Shown: piece after piece, positions 37,558 to 47,458 of the stretch | Position numbering within the stretch: position 1 is the stretch's first letter | Layout: each line of letters starts with the position of its first letter | From: a virus | Lineage: Duplodnaviria; Caudoviricetes | Direction: 5' to 3' (one strand) | IMG/VR virus record: IMGVR_UViG_3300012346_000267 | Coordinates: 1-55,952 of that record | Length of the DNA stretch: 55,952 bases | The notes under the pieces: generated by a model | Told to the model about the DNA's origin: nothing | The model's database searches: none | What the model saw: only the letters and a program-made list of their open reading frames with translations | Program-made: the position numbers and the translations under genes

Positions 37558-37983
37558 ATGGCACAACTAAAATTAATTCGAGTAGAAGCTAACCCTATAC
37601 ATGGGGTTTTTGGTGTATTGTTAATCGACGATGCAATTTTTTGTTGCACATTAGAACCAAGGGATTTAAATAATCAAAAAAAGATTTCGTGTATACCTTC
37701 AACTATTAAAGGATATACATGTACTAAAACAAGGTCGTTTAAGTTTGGGGATACATGGATGGTAAACGATGTACCCAATAGAGGCAACATTTTATTTCAC
37801 GCTGGCAACACTGTTGAACATACTGAAGGATGTATACTGTTAGGTGAAACATTCGGTAAATTAAACAACCCAACTGACCAAAGGGCTATACTAAACTCTG
37901 GAACTACTTTTAAAAAGTTTTTATATGTATTGGATACTCTAGCTGTTAAGTCTTTTAATCTTAGTATTATTAAAGCCTATTAA
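37558..37983 (+). CDS. DUF5675-like (L,D-transpeptidase-like) protein, candidate endolysin
   Basis: CCTLEP, ISCIP, VPNRGNILFHAGNTVEHTEGCILLG, NS. Confidence 0.75.
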   Translation: MAQLKLIRVEANPIHGVFGVLLIDDAIFCCTLEPRDLNNQKKISCIPSTIKGYTCTKTRSFKFGDTWMVNDVPNRGNILFHAGNTVEHTEGCILLGETFGKLNNPTDQRAILNSGTTFKKFLYVLDTLAVKSFNLSIIKAY

Positions 37984-37984
37984 T

Positions 37985-39559
37985 ATGATTAGTAATAACC
38001 CATATACATTGTATGGTTCAAAACTTAAAGATGTATTGAACGAATACCTTGAGACTGGTATTAATAGGGATTTGTCAGTTGAATCATTCTTTACTGATAG
38101 AGTTAAGATTAAATCAATACATCATACCATCGTACCTTTTGTGCCTAAAAAAATTCAGCTTATACATCAGCAGGCTAAACAGGATGCACTAAAGGCTGGA
38201 AAGAAAGCTAGATTCCTTTTATTAAAATCGAGGCGTATGGGCATGACAACATGGGAGCAAGCACTATCATATAAAGCAGTTGCTACCATGCCAAACACTA
38301 CATGCGTGACCTTAGCGGATAACCAATCCAATACTAAAAGTATTTTTAGAATGGTTAATCTAATGGCACAACTAGACCCTCGATTGAAGTATAAAACAAA
38401 TGAATCTAAAATTGCTTTAGAAATTCCGGCTATCAATACATACTTTCACATCGGTACTGCTGGTTCTAGATCATTCTCCAGAGGAAACAATGTGTATAGA
38501 GCGCATGGTTCTGAGGTAGCTTGGTGGGCTGGAGACTATGATTTAATAGGTAATTTAATGGCTGGTATATCTGAAGCAACTAGGTATGGAGAAGTAATTT
38601 TGGAAACTACTGCCAATGGTGCAAGTGGTTGGTTTTATGAAGAGTACAAAGAAGCAATGGCCGGAAAAAATCAATGGGTTCCTTTATTCTATCCTTGGTT
38701 TACCGATCCTCAAAATACATTAGTCACTACTAAAGAAAAAGAACAAGAGTGGTTGGATACTGTCACTGGTGAAGAAAAAGAATTAATGTCACATCATAAT
38801 TTATCTATACATCAAATGCTATGGCGTAGGGATAAACAAGGCGAATTAAAAAAACTATTTCAACAAGAATATCCAGAGTCATGGACACAAGCCTTTTTAA
38901 CTAGGAGCAATACATTCTTCGACCAATCATTACTATCTGAATTAGCAACTACTCTTAAAGCCCCTATTAATCATAGGGATTATTTAACTGTATGGCAGAG
39001 ACCTATACAAGGGCATAAGTATATACTTGGTGCAGATACTGCTGAAGGTGTAGTGGGTGGTGACAATAGTGTTGCAGGTATATTGAATAAAACTACTGGA
39101 GAACAGGTAGCAGTATTGAGAGGAAAGTGGAGACCAGAGGTATTTGCTAGGAAGTGTATAGAGCTATGCAAGGAATACAACAATGCTTTATTCACATGCG
39201 AAATAAATAATCATGGGCATAGTGTTATGAATACAGTAATGAATGTATTGATGTATAAACATATATACTATAGAACAAAGATACTGGAGAAGGATAAGTA
39301 TGGAAACGGTAAAGTAGAAAAAGTTCCCGGCTGGAAAACTGATAGTGCTACTCGACCTATACTACTTGATGAATTGAATGAAGCACTAGAAAATAAATTT
39401 ATGATAGTGAATGATAGTGTATTCCTTGCAGAATGTAAATCGTTTATAGATACTGGAGAAAGATATGAAGCAGACTCCGGTAAGAAGGACGATTCAATAG
39501 TGGCTTGGGGTATTGCATGGCAAGGTCGAAAAGCAAAAACTTTAACTTATAAGATATAG
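37985..39559 (+). CDS. terL: Terminase large subunit
   Basis: LKSRRMGMTT Walker A, HGSEVAWW Walker B, ETTANG, GADTAEG nuclease motif, KDDSIVA. Confidence 0.95.
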   Translation: MISNNPYTLYGSKLKDVLNEYLETGINRDLSVESFFTDRVKIKSIHHTIVPFVPKKIQLIHQQAKQDALKAGKKARFLLLKSRRMGMTTWEQALSYKAVATMPNTTCVTLADNQSNTKSIFRMVNLMAQLDPRLKYKTNESKIALEIPAINTYFHIGTAGSRSFSRGNNVYRAHGSEVAWWAGDYDLIGNLMAGISEATRYGEVILETTANGASGWFYEEYKEAMAGKNQWVPLFYPWFTDPQNTLVTTKEKEQEWLDTVTGEEKELMSHHNLSIHQMLWRRDKQGELKKLFQQEYPESWTQAFLTRSNTFFDQSLLSELATTLKAPINHRDYLTVWQRPIQGHKYILGADTAEGVVGGDNSVAGILNKTTGEQVAVLRGKWRPEVFARKCIELCKEYNNALFTCEINNHGHSVMNTVMNVLMYKHIYYRTKILEKDKYGNGKVEKVPGWKTDSATRPILLDELNEALENKFMIVNDSVFLAECKSFIDTGERYEADSGKKDDSIVAWGIAWQGRKAKTLTYKI

Positions 39560-39568
39560 GTAATATGT

Positions 39569-41713
39569 ATGGAATGGAATAGATTTTTACAAAAAGAATT
39601 AGCTAAAAAAGGTTATACTAACCTTGATTCTGAATTTTTTAACTATGCTAAAGGCGGTAAAAGTAAAGAAGTAAACGAAAGGTTATCATACAAGAATAAT
39701 GTATGGGTATACTCTGCATGTCAGGCTATCACTAGAAATATCGTACAATTACCAAAGGCGTTAGACTATACAAATACAACTAATAAAGAACTGATTACTA
39801 ATCACCAAATACTAGATTTATTTAATGCACCTAATCCAATGATGGATAGGGCTAGTTTTTGGGAAACTATCATTTTAAATTTGTTGTTACCTACACCAAA
39901 TACTGATGGTGGCCAATGTTTCCTAGTGTTCGAGACAGGTTCACCTAGCAAAAAGTTTTCAGTATCTAGAGGAGATATACCTAAAGAGATATATCCTTTT
40001 TCTTCAGAATTTGTGAAAGCTGTTAAAGATTCAAAGAATATATTAGTAGGATGGCAACTAATCATAGGTCAACAAAAAATAAACTATACATTAGATGAAG
40101 TTATTAGAATTAACTTTACTGACCCTGACGACCCATCAGGAGGTATGTGTCCTTTAGTATCTGCGTATCCATCACTTCGTGAAGATATAAAGGCTCAATT
40201 AGTAAATGAAACTTTCTTCGATAATAATGCTTCATTAGGTGGTACATTAAAAACTAATGCAGAATTATCATTAGAACAGATAAAAGAAATAAGAGAGCAA
40301 TGGGAGTCTATGTATGGAGGTGGAGCTAATGCTGGTAAAGATGCTATACTACATAGTGGATTAGAGTACCAACAATTCCAAAGAACGCATTTAGAAATGC
40401 AATTCTTAGAACAAAGAAAATGGACTAGAGACCAAGTCCTCGCAGTATACGGAGTGCCTAAAGCTGAAGTATCAAGCTATGAAGATTTAAATTATGCAAC
40501 TGCCATTACTGCAAATAAATCATTCTGGGATAAAACATTATTACCATTAGACAAGCGCATATTGGAAAGTTTAAATAAATGGGTTGGTAAAGTTGACAGA
40601 GGAGTCTATACATTAGTCTCTGACTATACAAGGGTCGAAGCGTTACAAGACAACTACGCCAACAAATTAGAACAAGCTAAATTAATGATGGGCTTAAATA
40701 TTCCATTATCCATAATTAACACAAGGTTAAAACTTGACCTAGACCTATCAAAGGTAGTATGGGCTGATACTGCTTTAATTAGTTATGGATTAGTACCAGC
40801 CGAAATGGTAATGAGTGGAGATACATATCCTGACTATGCTACTCCTGAAGAAGATACTACTCCTACCAATACTGAAGGAGAAGGAGAAGAGAAATCGACA
40901 CTACATAGGGCTGGTAGTATGCACTACTTAGCACAGTATCACAAAGAAGTATTAATACCTAGTGAAAAAAAGTTTAAAAAAGATTTAGTGAAGTTCTTTG
41001 TTGGTCAAAGGAATAAAGTACTAGACTCAATTGATACATGGGTCAATACTAATAAGAGTATAACTGGTTCAGTATTGAAAGCAAAAAAAGAACCGATTAA
41101 CTTTATACTAGACAAAGCAGAGCAAGACAAAACAATAAAATCATTAATGTTACCATCATATAAGGCATCCATACAATTAGAGGCTTCAAGACTTAGTAAA
41201 GAAGTCGAAGTAATAAACTGGGATGAAAATGGTTCTGCACTTAAAAAGGCTTTAAAGGATAGAATGAATGTATTGGCCAATGTCAATACAACTACCAACA
41301 AAGCAATTAGTACCAGAGTTAATGCAGTAATGAAACAAGCAATTGAAGAAGACCTATCCATCACTGACATAAGTCAATTATTAAAAAGTAATATTAGAAC
41401 CTTATTTAATAACCCTGCCAGAGCCAATACAATAGCTAGGACAGAGAGTGCGGCTATACATTCAATAGCAAGACAAGACATACTTAAATCCGCTGAAGTG
41501 GAAGAAGTAGAATGGGTAACCGCTGGTGATGAAAGAGTGAGGGGTGTTGGAACAGATACATTCTCTCATATTGAATTAGATGGACAAGTAATAAAGATAG
41601 GTGAAGTGTTTAATAATGGTGAAGATATATCTTATCCTCACGACCCAAACGCCAGTGCTGGTAATGTAATAAACTGTAGATGTATAGTAGTACCAATAAT
41701 AAAAGGAGAATAG
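39569..41713 (+). CDS. HK97-type portal protein fused to a MuF/gp7-like minor head domain
   Basis: VYSACQAI, PNPMM, FFDNNASLGG and VYGVP portal motifs; C-terminal RANTIARTE, WVTAGDERVR and INCRC MuF motifs. Confidence 0.9.
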   Translation: MEWNRFLQKELAKKGYTNLDSEFFNYAKGGKSKEVNERLSYKNNVWVYSACQAITRNIVQLPKALDYTNTTNKELITNHQILDLFNAPNPMMDRASFWETIILNLLLPTPNTDGGQCFLVFETGSPSKKFSVSRGDIPKEIYPFSSEFVKAVKDSKNILVGWQLIIGQQKINYTLDEVIRINFTDPDDPSGGMCPLVSAYPSLREDIKAQLVNETFFDNNASLGGTLKTNAELSLEQIKEIREQWESMYGGGANAGKDAILHSGLEYQQFQRTHLEMQFLEQRKWTRDQVLAVYGVPKAEVSSYEDLNYATAITANKSFWDKTLLPLDKRILESLNKWVGKVDRGVYTLVSDYTRVEALQDNYANKLEQAKLMMGLNIPLSIINTRLKLDLDLSKVVWADTALISYGLVPAEMVMSGDTYPDYATPEEDTTPTNTEGEGEEKSTLHRAGSMHYLAQYHKEVLIPSEKKFKKDLVKFFVGQRNKVLDSIDTWVNTNKSITGSVLKAKKEPINFILDKAEQDKTIKSLMLPSYKASIQLEASRLSKEVEVINWDENGSALKKALKDRMNVLANVNTTTNKAISTRVNAVMKQAIEEDLSITDISQLLKSNIRTLFNNPARANTIARTESAAIHSIARQDILKSAEVEEVEWVTAGDERVRGVGTDTFSHIELDGQVIKIGEVFNNGEDISYPHDPNASAGNVINCRCIVVPIIKGE

Positions 41714-41714
41714 T

Positions 41715-41930
41715 ATGAAACATCATAATAGCGTAGTAAGAAATTCTTTAGTCAATACACCTAAAGAAGCTGTTAGTGAAGAAGATATAGATGTAATGCT
41801 AAAAGATGGCAATGTATCTATAGCTGACAATACTAAAGAAGTGGTTAGTAAGAATAAAGAAAGTGACGGAATAATGCAAAATTATTTTGCAGGACTTGCT
41901 TTTTATTCTACATTTAATATAGGGCAATAA
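41715..41930 (+). CDS. Hypothetical protein
   Basis: AAAGGAG RBS; 71 aa. Confidence 0.5.
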   Translation: MKHHNSVVRNSLVNTPKEAVSEEDIDVMLKDGNVSIADNTKEVVSKNKESDGIMQNYFAGLAFYSTFNIGQ

Positions 41931-41939
41931 GGAACCACT

Positions 41940-43028
41940 ATGACAAAAAATAATTCTGCTATCACCACTGAACAACTACCAGAGTATATACAATCCCAAT
42001 TTGGTAACACTATTACCGATGTATTGTTTAAAAAGAAATCTGGAGATCAAACCAGAGATGGTTCTGATGTATCTGCTCCTTCTCAGGTGTCAATTAGCAA
42101 AGAAGATTGCCAAGCACTATGTAAAGAAGCTGGTATTGAGTATCAGGAGGGATATGAAAAGCGTGTATTGTCCTATGTATGTTCCGATGAATCGGTAGAT
42201 AGGTATGGTGACATCATACGACAAGCAGGATGGGATTTAGAAAACTACAAAAAAAATCCTGTAGTAATGTTAAACCATGACTATACACAAATGCCAATCG
42301 GTTCCGGTATTAAAGTATGGGTCGATGAAACAACTAAACAATTAAAAATGTGGATACTATTTCCGAATGCGGATGTATCTGCTGAAGCCGACAAGGCTTT
42401 TCGATTAGCGAAAAACGGTTTTATGAAAGCCTCTAGCGTAGGATTTTTACCTAAAGCTACCAGCGAACTTTCAGTAAAAGAAAAAGAAGTACTTGGCATG
42501 ACACCTTGGGGTGTTGAATATACATCACAAGAACTTCTTGAGCATACATTATGTGGCATACCTGCCAACCCTAACGCCTTACAAGAGGCCATTGCTAAAG
42601 GTATTGTAAAGAGAGAAGAAATGGATACATGGGTGAAGAATAAAAATCTTATCACTCCAGTACCTACTATTGAAACCCCTATAATCATTGAGGAAAAATT
42701 AGATATGACAAACATCAAAGCACTTATAAAAACTGCATTAAAAGAGTTAAAAGCCGAGGAACCAATTGAATCAGATACATTGCCTGAGAATGTAAAGACT
42801 GCAATCAATGATGCCTTGGTAGCTATACAAAATGCGCAGAATGTTCTCAACCAATTGTTAAGCCCTATGGAAGAAGAAACCGAACCAGATACAACACCTG
42901 ACACTGAACCTGAAACTCTAGGCACTGAAGCCTCAGACACACAGCGTAAAGAGATAGATGTATATGAGTTAAGCCTTCTTACAGAATGTTTTAACGATAC
43001 ACTAACACAAATCAAAAAAGGAAAGTAA
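41940..43028 (+). CDS. HK97-family prohead protease with acidic scaffold-like C-terminus
   Basis: VDRYGDII, NPVVMLNHD, SSVGF, LLEHTLCGIPANPNA. Confidence 0.9.
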   Translation: MTKNNSAITTEQLPEYIQSQFGNTITDVLFKKKSGDQTRDGSDVSAPSQVSISKEDCQALCKEAGIEYQEGYEKRVLSYVCSDESVDRYGDIIRQAGWDLENYKKNPVVMLNHDYTQMPIGSGIKVWVDETTKQLKMWILFPNADVSAEADKAFRLAKNGFMKASSVGFLPKATSELSVKEKEVLGMTPWGVEYTSQELLEHTLCGIPANPNALQEAIAKGIVKREEMDTWVKNKNLITPVPTIETPIIIEEKLDMTNIKALIKTALKELKAEEPIESDTLPENVKTAINDALVAIQNAQNVLNQLLSPMEEETEPDTTPDTEPETLGTEASDTQRKEIDVYELSLLTECFNDTLTQIKKGK

Positions 43029-43029
43029 A

Positions 43030-44280
43030 ATGTCACAGGAATTAAAATCAGCCCTTGATACATTCAAGGCAGATGTATTGGAACAAATTGCCAATGCAAA
43101 AACTCTTTCTCCTGAAGAAAAACAGGCTAAAGAAAACGAACTCAATACATTGGTCGAAAAAGAAGTCGCCCGACAACTAGCCGAGCGAAAGATGTCCATG
43201 CCCGGAGTTGAAACCGAAAAGAATTTCTCATGGGTAGAAATTGTAAAGGCACAAGTCGAAGGTAAATGGGGAACCAATGCCAAAGCAAAAGCCACACAAG
43301 CTATTGTTGAAGAGCTTCACAAGAAGTCAAACAATACAACCACTGGTGCTAATGGCGGTTTCTTAGTACCTACCGAACTTTCAAAAGTGGTAATTGACCT
43401 TGCCATTGCCCGTATGCCTATTATGGAAATGGGGCCAACAGTATTGAAGGGACTCACTGGGAACCTCGATATACCTAAGGTCACTGGTCGAGCCACTGGA
43501 TACTGGGTCGGTGAAGAAGAAGCACCTACTGAAAGTCAATCCACCTTTGGTGCAATTGAACTTCGTCCCAAGACAGTAGCAGGCTTTACAAAACAAAGTC
43601 GTATGCTATTGACTCAAGCTGGCAGTATTGCCGACCAAATCATTCAAACTGAATTGGCCAGAGGTATTGCACTCACATGGGAAAGAGCTATCATGTCAGG
43701 TACTGGCAGCAGCTCACAACCTACTGGAATAATCAATACATCAGGTAAAACTGATTCATCTGCACTAGAAGCAACCAATGGTGCAAGGTTCCGTATTGAC
43801 AAGGCCATGGCAATGATGACCAAAGTCGATGTAAACAACCTATTGACTCCAGGTGGGAAGTATGGGTTCCTAATGCGTCCTGAAGTATTGAGTGGAATGA
43901 AGCGCGAGCGTGTACCTCAGTTCTCTGGACAACCAGAAGCACAAGGTATGCCAATTATCAATCCAATGATTAAAACCTCCACCTTGGAAGATATATTGGA
44001 AGCGGTTATCCGTACCACTACATTGCTTCCTAACAATGTTGTAAAAGGCACTTCAAGCACATCCTCACAAGTTATCTTTGGTGACTGGTCACAATTGATT
44101 CTTGCAATGTGGGACGACTTTGAAATCGTTACATCCACCATTGCTGGTGACAGTACTGGTTCCGCAATGCGAAATCGTCAAATCTGGATTAATGCTTTCC
44201 AGAATGTTGATGTAAACATTAAAGACCCTCTTGGCTTCACTGTAGTTGCAGATGCCGAGACTCTAGAAAGTGCATGGTAG
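43030..44280 (+). CDS. Major capsid protein, HK97 fold
   Basis: N-terminal coiled-coil delta domain; GGFLVP, WVGEEEA, GTGSSSQPTGI, IFGDWSQ. Confidence 0.95.
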   Translation: MSQELKSALDTFKADVLEQIANAKTLSPEEKQAKENELNTLVEKEVARQLAERKMSMPGVETEKNFSWVEIVKAQVEGKWGTNAKAKATQAIVEELHKKSNNTTTGANGGFLVPTELSKVVIDLAIARMPIMEMGPTVLKGLTGNLDIPKVTGRATGYWVGEEEAPTESQSTFGAIELRPKTVAGFTKQSRMLLTQAGSIADQIIQTELARGIALTWERAIMSGTGSSSQPTGIINTSGKTDSSALEATNGARFRIDKAMAMMTKVDVNNLLTPGGKYGFLMRPEVLSGMKRERVPQFSGQPEAQGMPIINPMIKTSTLEDILEAVIRTTTLLPNNVVKGTSSTSSQVIFGDWSQLILAMWDDFEIVTSTIAGDSTGSAMRNRQIWINAFQNVDVNIKDPLGFTVVADAETLESAW

Positions 44281-44283
44281 GCT

Positions 44284-44703
44284 ATGTATATAACAGAAAA
44301 AGTACTCGCAAAAGTTGCTTTACCTGCTAATAACTACGGTATTGCTACTGGTAACGGATTCACAATAGATACTAAAGACTTCGAGGAAGTGGTGTTTGTT
44401 GTGAACTCTGGAAGTAATACCGGTGGTGGTGCTGTCGATATAAAGGTACAACACGACGACCTAGCTGACATGAGTACTGCCACTGATTTAAGTGGGGCAG
44501 TATTACCTCAGATACTAGCAGCCAATGACAATGATGTATATCTAATCAGAGTTCTTTGTAAGAATGTCGGAAGATATATGCGTGTTGTTGCGACTGTAAC
44601 TGTCGCTGAATGTGATTTTGGAGTTGTTGCTTTACTAGGTTCACCTAGTTCTATAGCTCCTGTATCACAAAACAAAAACATTGTCAATGTCGTAGGATAC
44701 TAA
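44284..44703 (+). CDS. Putative capsid decoration / cement protein
   Basis: Follows the MCP; beta-sandwich pattern IDTKDF...VKVQH...RYMRV. Confidence 0.6.
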   Translation: MYITEKVLAKVALPANNYGIATGNGFTIDTKDFEEVVFVVNSGSNTGGGAVDIKVQHDDLADMSTATDLSGAVLPQILAANDNDVYLIRVLCKNVGRYMRVVATVTVAECDFGVVALLGSPSSIAPVSQNKNIVNVVGY

Positions 44704-44704
44704 A

Positions 44705-45547
44705 ATGGTGGTATGTTCTAGCCTTACTAGATTACGCAGATACATAGGTATCTCAGAGGACTCTAGCAATGTGCTAGAACATACATCATTACTAACAACC
44801 TTTTTATACTCTATGTCAAGGAACATAGAGTCTTTTATTAATACAAAGTTTAATCAAGAACAAAGAATAGAGTTTTTTAATATATCCCCGTACCAAACCA
44901 TCTTCTATACATCTAGTATTATTAACTCCGTTACATCATTGAAGTATTCATACACTGGAGAATTTACTGGAGAAGAAAGTGATGTGACAGATTATATACT
45001 AGGCACTAATAATAAAAGTATTATAACACATAGGGCACTAACTAACATTAAAACACCTAAAGGATTAAAGTTAGTGTATACCGGTGGACTAGCAATACAT
45101 GGAACAAGAACAGATTGTATTGGTACTAATTTATCTGGTAATCCTCTAGCTGGTAACTATATACGCAACACTAATGGAGCGGTAGGTATACTTACAAGCG
45201 TTAATGCACCTAACTTTACTTATGAAGCATTACAAGGTGTATTTGAAGCTGGTGATGTATTGACTATTTCGTTAACTGAAAACGGCAGTGCTATACCAGC
45301 CACAACTGCAAGTATACTATCAATCACTAATAAAAGTTTAGTTGAACAGTATCCAGAGATAGGTATGGCATGTGACATGCAAATCAGATACATGTTCAAG
45401 CATAAAGATAATTTTGAAGATACTAATGTCAATAGAGATTCCTCAACATTTGGTAATACTCAATATGTAAAGGCTGAGAACAATATATACGAACTGCGAC
45501 CAGAAGTGCGCAGTATGCTACTTCCTCTCAGGAGATTTCATGTCTAG
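44705..45547 (+). CDS. Head-tail adaptor with an inserted beta domain
   Basis: SLTRLRRYIGI N-terminus and PEVRSMLLPLRR C-terminus typical of gp6/gp15-like adaptors. Confidence 0.75.
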   Translation: MVVCSSLTRLRRYIGISEDSSNVLEHTSLLTTFLYSMSRNIESFINTKFNQEQRIEFFNISPYQTIFYTSSIINSVTSLKYSYTGEFTGEESDVTDYILGTNNKSIITHRALTNIKTPKGLKLVYTGGLAIHGTRTDCIGTNLSGNPLAGNYIRNTNGAVGILTSVNAPNFTYEALQGVFEAGDVLTISLTENGSAIPATTASILSITNKSLVEQYPEIGMACDMQIRYMFKHKDNFEDTNVNRDSSTFGNTQYVKAENNIYELRPEVRSMLLPLRRFHV

Positions 45548-46010
45548 TGATGGGTTAAGTACATCTATTAAGTTCTTGCGAAAGAAGATAGCAAAAGCAC
45601 CTTCTATCTTTGAAAAACATTTCCAACAAGCTGGACTTGAATTTATTACACATATACAAGAGCGGTGGTACTCTGGAAGAAGAAATGACGATACAGGACT
45701 ATACATAGGCACTGGTAGAGCTAGAGCTAGTTGGTTTCCTAAGACAACAATAACCAATAATAATGAGGTCGAAACTACTATATCTACATCCGCTACATAC
45801 TTAAAAGACCATGAGTTCGGTAAAGGAAAGTATAAAGGAAAAAGAGCAAAGCCACCTATTAAAGATAGAATTACTAAACCTATCAACTTTGAATTTGAGC
45901 ATATACCAGTAAGAACCTTTGTTCGTAAAGACCTTAAGCAAGTTGGTGGAAGAAAGTTCTTTGTAAGAGCGGTAAGAAAATCATTAAAAGAAATAATGAA
46001 ACAAAAATGA
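45540..46010 (+). CDS. Neck / tail-completion protein (HK97 gp10 / Mu gpG-like)
   Basis: TGRARAS, YLKDHEFG and IPVRTF motifs; basic. Confidence 0.7.
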   Translation: MSSDGLSTSIKFLRKKIAKAPSIFEKHFQQAGLEFITHIQERWYSGRRNDDTGLYIGTGRARASWFPKTTITNNNEVETTISTSATYLKDHEFGKGKYKGKRAKPPIKDRITKPINFEFEHIPVRTFVRKDLKQVGGRKFFVRAVRKSLKEIMKQK

Positions 46011-46396
46011 CTTACATACATCATACATTAGTAAGGGATGCCATGTGCCAAGTAGCTATTGATGCAGTCAATACTGGTACTGGTTTTTCTTCAGGAAGGT
46101 TAGAACTACAAAATTTAAATAATACACCTTTAGTTGTATTCATACTACCAAACCCAGCTTTCAATAATGTATCTAATGGGCAAGCATTATTAAAACCAGT
46201 ATCTTCACTATCTGCAATAGCAAAAGGATTAGTAAGTAAAGCAGTATTTAAGAATAGGGATAATGTAGTGACTATGACAGGTACTGTAACTGTAGCCGGT
46301 GCTGGTGGAGACTTTGAAGCAACTGGTATGGATTTGAATGTATCTATAGGAGATTTAATTATATTAAACTCATTGGTGTATAATGCACCTCAGTAA
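46007..46396 (+). CDS. Putative virion structural protein
   Basis: Beta-rich, Gly/Ala-rich; within the neck region. Confidence 0.55.
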   Translation: MTYIHHTLVRDAMCQVAIDAVNTGTGFSSGRLELQNLNNTPLVVFILPNPAFNNVSNGQALLKPVSSLSAIAKGLVSKAVFKNRDNVVTMTGTVTVAGAGGDFEATGMDLNVSIGDLIILNSLVYNAPQ

Positions 46397-46426
46397 AATA
46401 AACACAAACGAAAGGGAGACATATAT

Positions 46427-46870
46427 ATGTCACAATTAACCAATGCGGCTGAAACCGCTCTTTTAAATTTAATCTTCGCCAATACTGGGTGGGCGAATAT
46501 TGGAGACGCTACTGGTCTAAGGGGTTCAACCGTACCCGGAAGTTTTTATCTGTCGTTACATACCACGGATGCTGGAGAAGCTGGAGACCAGACCACAAAT
46601 GAGATCGCCTATACTGGCTATGCTAGAGTGGCCATTGTACGCTCTGGTGCTGGTTGGACTATTGCCTCAGAGAACTGCACTAACGCCGCATTGGTGGCCT
46701 TTGGTGCATGTACTGCCGGTACTGCAAATGCGGCCTTTGTAGGTCTCGGTACTGCCAGTACAGGAGCTGGAAACCTTATCCTAAGGGGAACCATCGGTAC
46801 GCCTCTAGCTATATCGGCTGGAATCACACCTCAATTCGCCATTGGTGCAATTACATTCACTGCGGCTTAA
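46427..46870 (+). CDS. Putative virion structural protein
   Basis: YLSLHT...NEIAYTGYARVAI motif of a common phage structural family; GGGAG RBS. Confidence 0.65.
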   Translation: MSQLTNAAETALLNLIFANTGWANIGDATGLRGSTVPGSFYLSLHTTDAGEAGDQTTNEIAYTGYARVAIVRSGAGWTIASENCTNAALVAFGACTAGTANAAFVGLGTASTGAGNLILRGTIGTPLAISAGITPQFAIGAITFTAA

Positions 46871-46879
46871 GGAGTATAC

Positions 46880-47458
46880 ATGGCTTGGGTTATCGGGTTA
46901 AAATCCAATAATAGTATAGTTGAAGTAACTACCAAAGACAGGAATAATGACTTTACTCTCAATGAGCTAGAGACCATTATTCCTGCCAAGTTTGGTGGGG
47001 TTAAAAGTGACTATACATTCTACAAACTTTCTAATGCTCAAACTAATAAGTTAGAGGATGGCGAGGAGTATGTAATTGTATGGACTGGTAATCTAGTAAC
47101 TGATATTAACTTCAATGTTGAAGGTAATAAAAGATGGATTAAAATATTCACCGACAAAACTTCAGTAAAAGACAATGGAACTAACAAGGCTAATATCACT
47201 ATAGAACTATGGGATAAAAACTTGATTGGTGTAGATACATCCTATAATGATAACAATTTTAGATTGCCTATTGTATTTGACAATAGAATTATATTTGTAC
47301 GATTTGCGGTTGTTGCTGGTGTTGCGAATGTGAAGTTTAATCCTACTGTAGCTGGTGAATACATTATACCAGTTGAAAGAAAACGGTTCGATAATGTTAG
47401 AGTATTCAATAGGATTAAAATTGAAGTTGATTCTGTAAGTTTATTTGAGCCAGTATAA
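46880..47458 (+). CDS. Hypothetical virion protein, possible C-terminal Ig-like domain
   Basis: AAGGAG RBS; TDKTSVKDNGTNKANITI resembles the start of bacterial Ig-like domains. Confidence 0.55.
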   Translation: MAWVIGLKSNNSIVEVTTKDRNNDFTLNELETIIPAKFGGVKSDYTFYKLSNAQTNKLEDGEEYVIVWTGNLVTDINFNVEGNKRWIKIFTDKTSVKDNGTNKANITIELWDKNLIGVDTSYNDNNFRLPIVFDNRIIFVRFAVVAGVANVKFNPTVAGEYIIPVERKRFDNVRVFNRIKIEVDSVSLFEPV

